Assembly: GCA_965217895.1 (NCBI GenBank)
Contig: CBDCJV010000002.1
Location: 4,864,001 to 4,928,000, forward strand
From: Waterburya sp.
GTDB lineage: Bacteria > Cyanobacteriota > Cyanobacteriia > Cyanobacteriales > Xenococcaceae
Reading direction: 5' to 3'
DNA: 64,000 nt
Positions 10,421-20,271 of the stretch are shown piece after piece. Numbering within the stretch: the stretch's first letter is position 1; each line of letters begins with the position of its first letter. The position numbers and the translations under genes were made by a program. The notes under the pieces were generated by a model. That model saw only the letters and a program-made list of their open reading frames with translations. It was not told the origin of the DNA and did not search any database.

Positions 10421-10539
10421 GGGTAAAATTTAGATAGTAGGTAGTAAGTAGTAGATTTTATTTTCTGCGTAACGCCAGTTATTTAACTATTGATTATCTA
10501 TTCATGATTGTCCTAGTTCTGGTATGGCTGGAATATTTA

Positions 10540-13239
10540 TTATTGAATGTACTTTAAAATTTGCTTGAGAGCATCAATATTAACCAAAATATCTTCGGTT
10601 AGGGCATTTTGATACATTAAGTTGCGCAAAGATAGACAATCAAAGCTTTTTCCCACTAAATAATAATGCTCCAACTCTAGCTGCTGACTAATCATCCAGT
10701 AATCGGTTCTCACATAATTAGGAGAGAAAAGCTCAATAACCTTAGTATCGGGAGAACAAAAAACTAAATTAGTTAAACCCGAACCATGACTTGCAACAAT
10801 GATTTCAGCATTGGCAAATACCGCAACCTGCTCTAAGACTGACATTTCTTCGAGGAATATAGTTTGAAAACCTTCGCTATAAAGCAGTTCGCTCACGTCT
10901 AATTCATTAACTAACTGTCTATTTTTTGCCTTTGCCCTGCTAATGTAAATTTTTTGCCCGATAGCAGTTCTCGATAAATCAATTTTGGGAATAAAAGCCT
11001 GACGTAAAAATTTGATTGTTCCCTGGGAAACCCAATCCAGATAACCTGGAAAAGAAGGAACGATCAATTCTGTAGCCTGAATATGATTATGGCGATCGCT
11101 TTCGAGGATTTTTGTTTCAGGAATACCCAAAATTTGCAAAGTTTCTTTTTGGTAGGGTTTAGCAATGCTGTTAACCACAAACCAATCAATCTCCTCTAGC
11201 TCAATACCACTATTTCTGATTAGTTCTAGTCGCGGAATAATATCAAACATCCAATGGTAATAAACATGACCAGCTAAACCAGACAGTAAAGCTACTTTGC
11301 CCTCTATTTTTTCTACCAGAGGAATACTACTTTGGGTAAAAATCTTGTGTTCGGCTCGTTCTTGATAAGGACATCCTGGTAAGAACCAGGGATAGTCTCT
11401 AGACAAATCTCCTAACAAATAGTTATCAGGAGTAATAACCGCTACAGCATTGCAAATAATCCATGAGTTTTTTTGTCCTGCAATCCAACTTCTACCTTCG
11501 GGAATAGTAACGACAAAAGGCAATTTAGCCTGAACGGGTTTTTTTGACTCAAAGGAACATTTATAAGCATCTTTATCAATTTTTAATGGCTTAAAGTGCT
11601 TAATTAACTTCGCCATACAGCTATTGCAGTTGACTCCGCCACAATCAGGATAAGATGTCTGACCAGGAGCGTTAATTTTAATTGTCTCTGGTTGTCTTGT
11701 GCCAGTTATTTTTTCAGGAGTATAGTCAGTATCTCCCCACAATACTTGAATGTAGCTAAAATTTTTTAACTGACAATCCCTCGCCCAGTCTTGAGTGTAG
11801 TGATAAATTTTCTTAGGCAGGGCAGATAATTGTTCTTCAAGCGGAAATAAACCAGGCAAATTTTGCCAGCGAGTGGTGCAATCTATTTCTTGATTAAGGA
11901 CGGCTTCATAATAATTGATCGCCTCTTCAGCAACTTGACTACGCTCTAAAACTTTACCCAACTGAAAGCAGATTTGCGGATTTTCTGGTTCAAGGCTTAA
12001 ACCAATCTGGTAAATAGCTACAGCAGCATCTAACTTTTTTTGCTTGGCAAGACAATTGCCCAGTTTTAGATATAGTTCAACTTCTTTGGGTCTAATTTGT
12101 AAGGCTCGCTGATAATAAACTTCTGCTTGATAAACACCCCCAAACTCAAATAGCACATCTCCCATATGGCTATAGGTTCGCCATAGATAATGATAAGCGT
12201 CTGCTCTTTGATTATCTTGAAGAGCTTGCAGAAAGCGAGCGCAAGCTACTTTAGCTATTTCTAATAAATCTGCAGGTTCAGTTGCTAATATTCTCTGACA
12301 ATAAGCAGTAACAAAATGAGGCTCAAGCTTAATTATTTGTCGCCAACAGTCTAAAGTAGTTTCCCAATTACCCATCTGTAGCTGTAGGTCAGCATAATTG
12401 CTTAAAGCCAGAATATTTGTTGGCTCTAGCTTGGTAACTTTGAGAAAACAGTCTATTGCTTGGGGATAATTGCCTTGCTGTTGCCATAGCTTACCTAAAT
12501 TATGATGAGCTAAAGACATTTTTGGCTCTAAAGTGATAGCAGTTTGGAAACTACTATAGGCAAGCTTGTGCTGTTGATTAAACCAGTAAACCTGTCCTAA
12601 GTTATTGTGCAAAGTTGCCCAAGTAGGGTCAACATAAAGCCCTTTTCTAAAAATAGCGATCGCCCGATCGTATTTTTTTTGTCTGGCAAAGGTGCTACCC
12701 AAATTACTATATGCCCTGGTAAAATTGGGCTGAATAGCAATAGCCTGCTCGTAGTTGGCGATCGCTTCCTCTAGTTCTCCTTTTTGATCGTAGAGAACTC
12801 CCAAGTTAAAATAAGCAGCAGCATAGTCAGGCTTGGCTTCAATGGCTTGACTGTAGACAGCAACTGCTTCACTCCAGTTACCCAATTGATGCAATACTAC
12901 CGCCAGATTATATTTTAATTCTGCCCAATCAGGTTTAAAAACTAAAGCCTGTTCGTAATTCCAGGTCGCTTTTTGATAATTATTTTGCTTGCTAAATAAT
13001 AAGCCCAACTCTGCGTATATTTCTGCTTGGTCAACTGAGGTACCAAGCAATCTTTTGTAAGCATCAATGGCTTCGGGTATTTTTCCTAGTTGGGTGTAGG
13101 CTCTTGCCAAGTAAGGATAAAAGTTAATATCGTCAGGATCGAGGGAGATCTCTTTTTGACAGATATCTACAACCTGTTTCCAATCCTGGTTGGCTAGGAA
13201 AGATTTAAGATTTTTGATTGAAGATTCGCCTCTTCTCAT
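10540..13239 (-). CDS. TPR-repeat protein with C-terminal glycosyltransferase family 61 (DUF563) domain
   Basis: About 12 TPRs; YYHWMFD, IYISR..AKNRQLVNE, SHGSGLTNLVF, VIELFSP motifs. Confidence 0.9.
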   Translation of the reverse strand: MRRGESSIKNLKSFLANQDWKQVVDICQKEISLDPDDINFYPYLARAYTQLGKIPEAIDAYKRLLGTSVDQAEIYAELGLLFSKQNNYQKATWNYEQALVFKPDWAELKYNLAVVLHQLGNWSEAVAVYSQAIEAKPDYAAAYFNLGVLYDQKGELEEAIANYEQAIAIQPNFTRAYSNLGSTFARQKKYDRAIAIFRKGLYVDPTWATLHNNLGQVYWFNQQHKLAYSSFQTAITLEPKMSLAHHNLGKLWQQQGNYPQAIDCFLKVTKLEPTNILALSNYADLQLQMGNWETTLDCWRQIIKLEPHFVTAYCQRILATEPADLLEIAKVACARFLQALQDNQRADAYHYLWRTYSHMGDVLFEFGGVYQAEVYYQRALQIRPKEVELYLKLGNCLAKQKKLDAAVAIYQIGLSLEPENPQICFQLGKVLERSQVAEEAINYYEAVLNQEIDCTTRWQNLPGLFPLEEQLSALPKKIYHYTQDWARDCQLKNFSYIQVLWGDTDYTPEKITGTRQPETIKINAPGQTSYPDCGGVNCNSCMAKLIKHFKPLKIDKDAYKCSFESKKPVQAKLPFVVTIPEGRSWIAGQKNSWIICNAVAVITPDNYLLGDLSRDYPWFLPGCPYQERAEHKIFTQSSIPLVEKIEGKVALLSGLAGHVYYHWMFDIIPRLELIRNSGIELEEIDWFVVNSIAKPYQKETLQILGIPETKILESDRHNHIQATELIVPSFPGYLDWVSQGTIKFLRQAFIPKIDLSRTAIGQKIYISRAKAKNRQLVNELDVSELLYSEGFQTIFLEEMSVLEQVAVFANAEIIVASHGSGLTNLVFCSPDTKVIELFSPNYVRTDYWMISQQLELEHYYLVGKSFDCLSLRNLMYQNALTEDILVNIDALKQILKYIQ

Positions 13240-13304
13240 TGATGTTAGCGGGAATGACCCAAACTCAAACTACAAAATGACCCAAATAATCTGACAATTT
13301 GATC

Positions 13305-13398
13305 TAGAGCGTGTCATCAACATGGCGATCGCACTTCGGTGCTTGTCTCGCCATTAATTAGAACAAAAGTATTTTCTCCTAAATAACGGCACGCCCTA
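13305..13398. mobile_element. Short MITE-like element with TA-flanked inverted ends and an internal HIP1-associated hairpin
   Basis: TAGAGCGTGTCAT ... ACGGCACGCCCTA imperfect inverted repeat; internal GGCGATCGCACTTCGGTGCTTGTCTCGCC. Confidence 0.4.
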
Positions 13399-13598
13399 AT
13401 TCAATAATGAGAAATAAGTTACTCTGTCTATAAGCATACCTGCGTTGATTAAGCTTGGTTTAAGTATTCTTAACGAACGCGACAAAACCTTATAGATTCT
13501 TTAGATCCTTGATGAATATTGGATTTACCTACATTAGCCCATATTTTGCTAAATTTCATGTAATCTAAATTTTAAGCTGATTTTTTAAATACTAACTA

Positions 13599-13629
13599 AT
13601 AGACCCGCAACATTTTGTTGTGGGTCTAT
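13599..13629 (-). terminator. Stem-loop downstream of the RTX gene
   Basis: ATAGACCCGCAACA-ttt-TGTTGTGGGTCTAT, about 30 bp after the stop. Confidence 0.6.
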
Positions 13630-13660
13630 CAAAGATAGTCTAAATTTTAAACCATGTTAC

Positions 13661-14269
13661 TTAGAATAATTCCCAAGTACCATTTTCATTTGTAGTACCA
13701 GGTTCAATGTCTAGATCCTTACCAATTTCTATAGCATCTTTTCCATCAATGGTGATCATACCTGAAGTTGCATCATAGACAACAGCGGCATCGCTAGCAC
13801 CAAAGATTTTGATTTTATCGGCAAAACCATCAGCTTTAAAATCAACGATTTTATCCATTGATCCATCTGCAAATTCTTTGACACCAAATTCAAATACGTC
13901 GTTTCCAGTACCACCTTTGAGTGTATCAGAACCTAAACCACCTCTGAGGGTGTCGTCTCCTGCGCCACCACTGAGAAAATCATCACCAAGACCACCCTTA
14001 ATGAAGTCGTTGCCATTACCGCCTCTAAGGATGTCGTTGCCATTACCGCCCGTGATGATGTCGTCTCCAGCACCTGCGAAGACTTGCGCATCACCTGCAC
14101 CAGTAGTAATGGTATCGGCTAAATTACCACCAATAATGCCTACTGGGGCATCGCCTTTAATTTCAATAATGTTCTCTTGATCTTGAAAGCCAACTACATT
14201 TAGTCCGCCATCAGGATTAAATGATTCCTGCGCAAGTGCCGTGTTATCTGGTGAAATAATACTTGACAT
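13661..14269 (-). CDS. Small acidic RTX (hemolysin-type Ca-binding) repeat protein
   Basis: Consecutive GGxGxDxL nonapeptides (GGNGNDIL, GGLGDDFL, GGAGDDTL, GGTGNDVF). Confidence 0.9.
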   Translation of the reverse strand: MSSIISPDNTALAQESFNPDGGLNVVGFQDQENIIEIKGDAPVGIIGGNLADTITTGAGDAQVFAGAGDDIITGGNGNDILRGGNGNDFIKGGLGDDFLSGGAGDDTLRGGLGSDTLKGGTGNDVFEFGVKEFADGSMDKIVDFKADGFADKIKIFGASDAAVVYDATSGMITIDGKDAIEIGKDLDIEPGTTNENGTWELF

Positions 14270-14962
14270 GATTAATTAATACTCCCTATTTGTAATGTTA
14301 ACTTGACCTGAAAATGCCTTTTTTATTTAGGCAATAAAACCCTCGTTGTCTATGATAAATCATATTTAATTTATTGCTAGTGCTAGAGAATATAAAATTT
14401 TCAATAAAACACACTCTATACTACTACTATCTATTTTGTTCATAGTTTTAAAAATGTCAATGACTTTTGTTTTTTAATCTAACAAAATAACTACAAGAGT
14501 AAAAAAAGAGCAAAGTTTACTCTAGAAAAAAGCCATGCAAGCTCCGTTATTCCCTTTGTACAAGGATAAATCAAACTAAAGCGTAAAACAGAATCTAGAG
14601 CTTACTTGTTTGTCTAAGTATTAACTCAGAAAATAAAAAACTATATAGATTAATTAAGTGAATTAACGTATTTACTTGAATAAAAATAAAAAATAAAAGC
14701 ACAGGTTAATGACTTGTAAAGCATATAAAGCAAAAAAATATTTAGGTTTATTTTGCATTTTTAGTATGGTTAAGTTAATTTATCTAAAATGCCTTGGTAG
14801 TATTTACTGATAATTTGTTCAAATAGTAAAAATATTCAGCAAAATTACTAAATACCAAATCAGGAATTACTTTACCGTCATCAAGTTACAGCCTAATATG
14901 TGGAGAGTATGTCCAGACTGTCTTAAGATAAATAGCTGAGATTAAAATCTAAATGATTCTCA

Positions 14963-15976
14963 ATGATAGAATTTGCTAAAGCTGAACCGACCGTCGGCGT
15001 AATTATTCCTGCCTATAATTGCGATCGCTATATTGCTCAAGCTATTGAAAGCGTTCTCCAGCAAGATGGCTGTACCTATGAAATAATCGTCATTGATGAC
15101 GGCTCAACCGATTCAACTGAACAGGTATTAAAGCCATACCGCGATCGCCTTCGCTACGTCAAGCAGAAAAATCAAGGTGTAGCAGCAGCCCGCAATCATG
15201 GTATTGCGATCGCCAAAGCCAATCTGATCGCCTTTCTGGATGCAGATGATTATTTTTTACCAGGAAAATTAGCATCTCAGGCAGAAATTTTAATCAAGCG
15301 TCCTGACCTAGGTATTGTCCATAGTGGCTGGCAAAGGGTAGACCTAGAAGGCAATAAGCTATTGGATGTCTGTCCTTGGGAGCAAATTCCTGAATTGAAT
15401 TTAGAGAATTGGCTACGCTGGAAACCAGTGCTACCAAGCGCGATGATGTTTCGTCGAGAATGGCTTCAGTATGTTGGTGGTTTTGATCCTCGCTTTCCTC
15501 CCGCAGAAGACACCAATTTAGTCCTTAAGCTAGCTTTAAAAGGTTGTAGAACTGCATGGTTGCGCCAAATAACTGTCTGCTATCGTCAACACGAAGAAAG
15601 TGCTATGTACAAAGGCTTACCCCAAGCTCGCTCTTTAATGGCAGTTACCAACGATTTTTTTGCTCAACCAAATCTACCTCCAGAAGTTAAGTTAATGGAG
15701 CAGTCTGTTCGCTATGGTACATTGGTCTGGATTGCTTGGTATCTCCACTACACTGGGCATCCACTAGAAACAACCCAGTATCTCAAGCAGGCTTGGTCAT
15801 ATCGCTCTAATTCAGGTATAGAAACTATAGTCACCTGGGTTGAAAGCTTTGCCGAATTTTCCCGTAATTGGGGAGTGCAATTTAATGTTATTAGCTTGAC
15901 TAGTTCAAGAGAATGGCAAGAGTTAGTTCAATGGATCATTCAGACAACGAGTAAAATTGGACTGGAAACATCTTAA
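14963..15976 (+). CDS. Glycosyltransferase family 2
   Basis: VIIPAYN, VIDDGSTD, AFLDADD, AED motifs. Confidence 0.93.
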   Translation: MIEFAKAEPTVGVIIPAYNCDRYIAQAIESVLQQDGCTYEIIVIDDGSTDSTEQVLKPYRDRLRYVKQKNQGVAAARNHGIAIAKANLIAFLDADDYFLPGKLASQAEILIKRPDLGIVHSGWQRVDLEGNKLLDVCPWEQIPELNLENWLRWKPVLPSAMMFRREWLQYVGGFDPRFPPAEDTNLVLKLALKGCRTAWLRQITVCYRQHEESAMYKGLPQARSLMAVTNDFFAQPNLPPEVKLMEQSVRYGTLVWIAWYLHYTGHPLETTQYLKQAWSYRSNSGIETIVTWVESFAEFSRNWGVQFNVISLTSSREWQELVQWIIQTTSKIGLETS

Positions 15977-16062
15977 AGCTTCCTCTTTTGGAGAGAGCTA
16001 TTAAACACCCTAATTAGAGTATGCTCCTGTAGAGGTAGTTTTTCTTAAAATAAATCAGACTT

Positions 16063-17400
16063 ATGACTATTGCTCGTACAATTTGTCTAGGGTTTCTCGC
16101 TCTGATTGCGATTGGAACTCTTCTGTTGATGATGCCCTTCGCTACCGTTACGGGGACTTGGAACAATTTTATTGTGGCTCTGTTTACCTCTACCTCTGCC
16201 GTGTGTGTCACGGGGTTGGCAGTTGTAGATACTGGGACTGATTTTTCATTTTGGGGGCAGTTAACTATATTGCTTCTGATTCAAGTTGGTGGTTTAGGAT
16301 ATATGACCATGACTACTTTTTTACTGCTGCTTTTGGGCAGAAAGTTTGACCTAAGACAAAAATTTGCTATCCAAGAAACCTTTGATCGTCCTTTTTTGCA
16401 GGGTAGTAGCAGTAATCTAATGCGCTCAATTATTGCTACTACTATGATTCTAGAAATTAGCGGCATATTTTTATTACTAGCAGTTTTTGTTCCCGAACAT
16501 GGTTGGTCAGAAGGTCTATGGTATTCCATTTTTCATAGTATCAGTGCCTGGAATAATGCAGGTTTTAGTCTGTTCTCTGATAGCTTGGTAGGCTATCATA
16601 ACTCTGGGGCAATTAATTTAATTATTCCTGGTTTGATTATTTTTGGTGGCATTGGCTACCAGGTAATTATTGAGATGTATCTTTGGTTGAACAATAAAAT
16701 TAAACATAAGCAAGAAAGATTTTGCTTTTCCCTTAATTTTAAAGTTGTAGTTAGCACCACTATCTTATTGCTTCTGATCGGTACGTTCGCTTTTTTCTTG
16801 ACCGAACTAAACAACCCAGAAACCTTAGCACCTTTTGGTTTCAAAGATAAGCTTTTGGCTGCTTGGTTTCAGTCTGCGACTACTAGAACAGCAGGCTTTA
16901 ATAGTATTAGCATAGGTGATATGACTACGGCGGGTTTATTTATTACCATGGGCTTTATGTTTATTGGTGCTAGCCCTAGTGGTACAGGAGGAGGCATCAA
17001 AACCACAACCTTTAGAATTTTATACAACGCTACCAAATCAGTTCTACGGGGAAAAAATGAAGTGGTTCTCTATCAAAGGGAAGTTCCCAGTACTCTTATT
17101 TTGAAGGCTGTTGCAGTAGTATTCGGCACTGCAACATCTATTATTTTGATGACCATCTTAATTTCTTCTTTTGAACCTGAACTAGATTTTCTGCGTATTT
17201 TGTTTGAGGTGATTTCTGCTTTTGCAACAGTTGGTCTATCTACAGGCATTACATCTAGTGTTTCAGTTGGTTCCAAAATAATTTTGGTATTATCTATGTA
17301 TATTGGCAGAGTCAGTATTTTAATTTTAATAGCGGCAATTATTGGCGATCCTAGCCCCAGCAGTGTTAACTATCCAGAGGAAAATTTACTGGTTGGTTAA
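16063..17400 (+). CDS. ktrB: Ktr/Trk potassium uptake membrane subunit
   Basis: SAVCVTGL, SAWNNAGF, RTAGF, GTGGGIK, SAFATVGLS pore motifs. Confidence 0.92.
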   Translation: MTIARTICLGFLALIAIGTLLLMMPFATVTGTWNNFIVALFTSTSAVCVTGLAVVDTGTDFSFWGQLTILLLIQVGGLGYMTMTTFLLLLLGRKFDLRQKFAIQETFDRPFLQGSSSNLMRSIIATTMILEISGIFLLLAVFVPEHGWSEGLWYSIFHSISAWNNAGFSLFSDSLVGYHNSGAINLIIPGLIIFGGIGYQVIIEMYLWLNNKIKHKQERFCFSLNFKVVVSTTILLLLIGTFAFFLTELNNPETLAPFGFKDKLLAAWFQSATTRTAGFNSISIGDMTTAGLFITMGFMFIGASPSGTGGGIKTTTFRILYNATKSVLRGKNEVVLYQREVPSTLILKAVAVVFGTATSIILMTILISSFEPELDFLRILFEVISAFATVGLSTGITSSVSVGSKIILVLSMYIGRVSILILIAAIIGDPSPSSVNYPEENLLVG

Positions 17401-17495
17401 TCAACGATTGTAGATTAATATAAAAAAATTAATTTTAAGTGATTTCTTATAGACTAAAATGCCAATAGTTAGAATTATTCGGGTAAGAAGCTAAT

Positions 17496-18185
17496 TTGAA
17501 ATCTCTCAATTTCTTAACTAACTCTAGTACTAGAAATCGTCAGTTTGCTGTAATTGGTCTAGGACGTTTTGGTAGAGCAGTCTGTGCTTCTCTACATAAA
17601 ATGGGCTATGAAGTTTTGGGAACGGATATTGATGAGAGACTAGTTAATCAAGCTTTAACTCAGAAAATTGCCTCCCATGCTATTCAATTAGATTCTACCG
17701 AACCTGAGTCTTTAAAAGAGGCTGGTATTTTTGAAATGGATACGGTAATTGTGGCTATTGGCAATTATCTCCAGGAAAGTATTATAACCACTCTCAATGT
17801 TAAAGAAGCTGGAGTTGAGCAAGTAGTCTCTAAAGCCTCCTCAGAAATTCATGGTAAAGTTCTGCGACGCGTAGGAGCAGATCGAGTGGTATTTCCTGAA
17901 TATGAAGCAGGTTGTGCCTTAGCTAGTAACCTGACTCAACCTGCCTTTCTAGAGCGTTTTGAACTGGATACAGAAAATAGCATTGTCGAAGTGTTAGTGC
18001 CAAGAGAGTTCCATAACCAAACTTTAGCTCAGCTAGATCTGCGCAAACGTTTCGGTTTAAATGTCTTGGCAATCGGCAATGGAGAAAAGTTTATAACCAA
18101 TCCTAATCCTTCACAAGTGTTAAAAGAGGGATTAGTAATGGTTGTTATTGGCAGTAATAAGAATCTTCAGCGTTTGCCGCTTTAA
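17496..18185 (+). CDS. ktrA: Ktr/Trk potassium uptake regulatory RCK subunit
   Basis: VIGLGRFG Rossmann motif plus TrkA_C domain; follows ktrB. Confidence 0.92.
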   Translation: MKSLNFLTNSSTRNRQFAVIGLGRFGRAVCASLHKMGYEVLGTDIDERLVNQALTQKIASHAIQLDSTEPESLKEAGIFEMDTVIVAIGNYLQESIITTLNVKEAGVEQVVSKASSEIHGKVLRRVGADRVVFPEYEAGCALASNLTQPAFLERFELDTENSIVEVLVPREFHNQTLAQLDLRKRFGLNVLAIGNGEKFITNPNPSQVLKEGLVMVVIGSNKNLQRLPL

Positions 18186-18230
18186 TGATTATCTAGAGCC
18201 GACGAAGATGGAACTAATTAAACTCAGTTT

Positions 18231-18279
18231 GTGGGCATTATCTAAATAGTCGTTGATGTTAGTTTCTAACGATGCCCAC
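18231..18279. repeat. GTGGGCAT...ATGCCCAC palindromic repeat between convergent genes
   Basis: 8-bp perfect inverted ends with an inner GTTAG/CTAAC hairpin. Confidence 0.45.
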
Positions 18280-18301
18280 CCTAAATCTGATTAACTCTAA
18301 G

Positions 18302-19084
18302 CTAGCTTGAGGCACTGGTATAGAAACGGAGGGCAAACCGCCAAAAAAAGATTGAGAAACTAAACAAGATAAGAGCCAAAATAGCTGCGCCAAAAGTCCA
18401 GATTATTTCACTCCGATTTAACATTGTCTGAGCAGGAATAGTAGTTAAAAATGCTACAGGAACTACAAAAGTAAAAAAGAAGCGATAAACGGCAGGATAA
18501 GCTACTATCGGATAGCGTCCCGCTTCTAATAATCCTCGCAAAACTTCTGTAACGTTATAGACTTTGACAAACCAAATGCTGGTTGCACCCAAAATAAACC
18601 ACAGGCTATAGAGAATGACAATGCCAAAGCTAAGAGGAATCAAACTAGCTAGATAGTCATACCAAGTCAAGCTCAGTTTGTTTCCTGCATAGACTATTAG
18701 AATTGTGCCAAAAAACAGATCGGGTAAACCCCAGGGAGAGATGGTTTTGGTAGACAGCCAAAATTGACTGCTAATGGGTTTTAGTAAGACAAAATCTAAT
18801 GTTCCCTGTTCGACTTGTTTGACAATGCTATTAAGATTTGGCACTAAAAAAGTAGCAGAAAATCCTTGCAAGAGAGTAAACAGGCCCAACACAATAGTCG
18901 CTTCTTGCCAACTCCAGCCTTCAAAGGTATAGCCAGTGCGATAAAACAAAAATAGTCCAAATAGACTGCCAGCTAGATTAGCGATGCTGGTAATAGTAGC
19001 AATAAGAAAATTAAGGCGATATTCTAGCTCTGTGGCGATCGCCGTACTCCAAAACAAGCATAGAATTTTAAAATAACGTTCCAT
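18302..19084 (-). CDS. ABC-2 family permease (DUF990-like)
   Basis: EYRLNF, GTLDFVLLKP, RYP, RFYTSASS motifs; multi-TM; ORF open to 19102. Confidence 0.85.
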   Translation of the reverse strand: MERYFKILCLFWSTAIATELEYRLNFLIATITSIANLAGSLFGLFLFYRTGYTFEGWSWQEATIVLGLFTLLQGFSATFLVPNLNSIVKQVEQGTLDFVLLKPISSQFWLSTKTISPWGLPDLFFGTILIVYAGNKLSLTWYDYLASLIPLSFGIVILYSLWFILGATSIWFVKVYNVTEVLRGLLEAGRYPIVAYPAVYRFFFTFVVPVAFLTTIPAQTMLNRSEIIWTFGAAILALILFSFSIFFWRFALRFYTSASS

Positions 19085-19117
19085 AGTTCCATAGTTTATC
19101 AACGAGAAAAAAGATTA

Positions 19118-19315
19118 TCAGGAATTAGACATAAATTTTCGGTAATATTGCTGACCTAAAATTAAGCCAATGACCACTGAAGGTAGCAAGACAATAACTA
19201 TAGCAGTGAGGTTTGTCTCTTCAATCGGTAACTGCTGACCTCCATACTTAATTAAAAAAGACAGTCCAGTCGAGATTAATAAGATTTTAAAGATAAAGCC
19301 TATTTGAGTATTCAT
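19118..19315 (-). CDS. Small membrane protein
   Basis: 65 aa, two TM segments around IKYGG; co-directional with the permease. Confidence 0.7.
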   Translation of the reverse strand: MNTQIGFIFKILLISTGLSFLIKYGGQQLPIEETNLTAIVIVLLPSVVIGLILGQQYYRKFMSNS

Positions 19316-19362
19316 CTAATTTTGAGAGTATTACAAAGGAAAGCATCAGCAAGAAATCATCA

Positions 19363-19477
19363 TATAGCCGCACAAAGTTACGTTAGGACATATTTGGTTA
19401 TCGGCTCGAAAGTAACAAGTAGCAAGTAGCAGCTAGCAATTTTATAAAACGTCCTAATCTTGATGCGTAATGCTATA
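19363..19477 (+). mobile_element. MITE family A copy
   Basis: TATAGC..TTAGGAC / GTCCTAA..GCTATA ends with a short AAGTAAC/AAGTAGC tract. Confidence 0.7.
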
Positions 19478-19531
19478 GATCTTTAATTCCTGTCATGGAA
19501 TTTATATCTAAAAGTAAGTAATTCTTACTTC

Positions 19532-20095
19532 CTATCTCAACTTTTGCTTAATAAACCCAACCAGTTGATTGAACTGTTTCTTCATTTGTTCAGATTCTTT
19601 TTCCAGTTTGGCAATCTTAAGTTTTAAGAGTTCAATCTCGGAAGTTAAAGCAGATGTATCCGAAGTAGTGAAGCTGCTAGATGGTTGAGATAAATCTCCC
19701 GCAATGCTTTGGGGCTGTTTCTTGGCTTTGAGCATAGCATCTCGAATCGCATCTACTAGCTGTTCGCGATCAAAAGGCTTTTCGACAAAAGAAAAGTACT
19801 CAAAAGGCTCAGTAATTTTGTCTGTAACTTCTTCCTTGCGACCAGACATCAACACCAGAGGTATGGAACGAAACTTTTGTTGTTTTTGGATCTCTTGATA
19901 TACTTCCCAACCGCTCATTTTTGGCAGCAAAAAATCCAGCATGATCAAATTGGGATTTTCCGTTTTAATTAGATTGAATCCTTCTAAACCATCTTTGGCT
20001 TCGATGATATCAAAGTTGCCCTCTGGCAACATATCCTTAACTCGCATCCTGATGACTTTACTGTCGTCAATAACTAGAATTTTGTGGGTTGACAC
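19532..20095 (-). CDS. Response regulator (receiver domain plus coiled-coil tail)
   Basis: ILVIDDS, LIMLDFLLPKMSG, VEKPF motifs; GTG start. Confidence 0.9.
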   Translation of the reverse strand: MSTHKILVIDDSKVIRMRVKDMLPEGNFDIIEAKDGLEGFNLIKTENPNLIMLDFLLPKMSGWEVYQEIQKQQKFRSIPLVLMSGRKEEVTDKITEPFEYFSFVEKPFDREQLVDAIRDAMLKAKKQPQSIAGDLSQPSSSFTTSDTSALTSEIELLKLKIAKLEKESEQMKKQFNQLVGFIKQKLR

Positions 20096-20271
20096 GTTTT
20101 ACTCCTGAGCGACTAACTTTTCATGCCTGATAGTTACTAGACTGGGTTTGACAGTTAGTTTTGGTTTACAAGCTTAGAGTTCCCTTTTAAATTACTAAAA
20201 TAACAGGAAAAAACATCTAAACAGCAATTATTTTTGTATTCTGTTGTAAGTAATGTTGCCGATCTTTAAGC

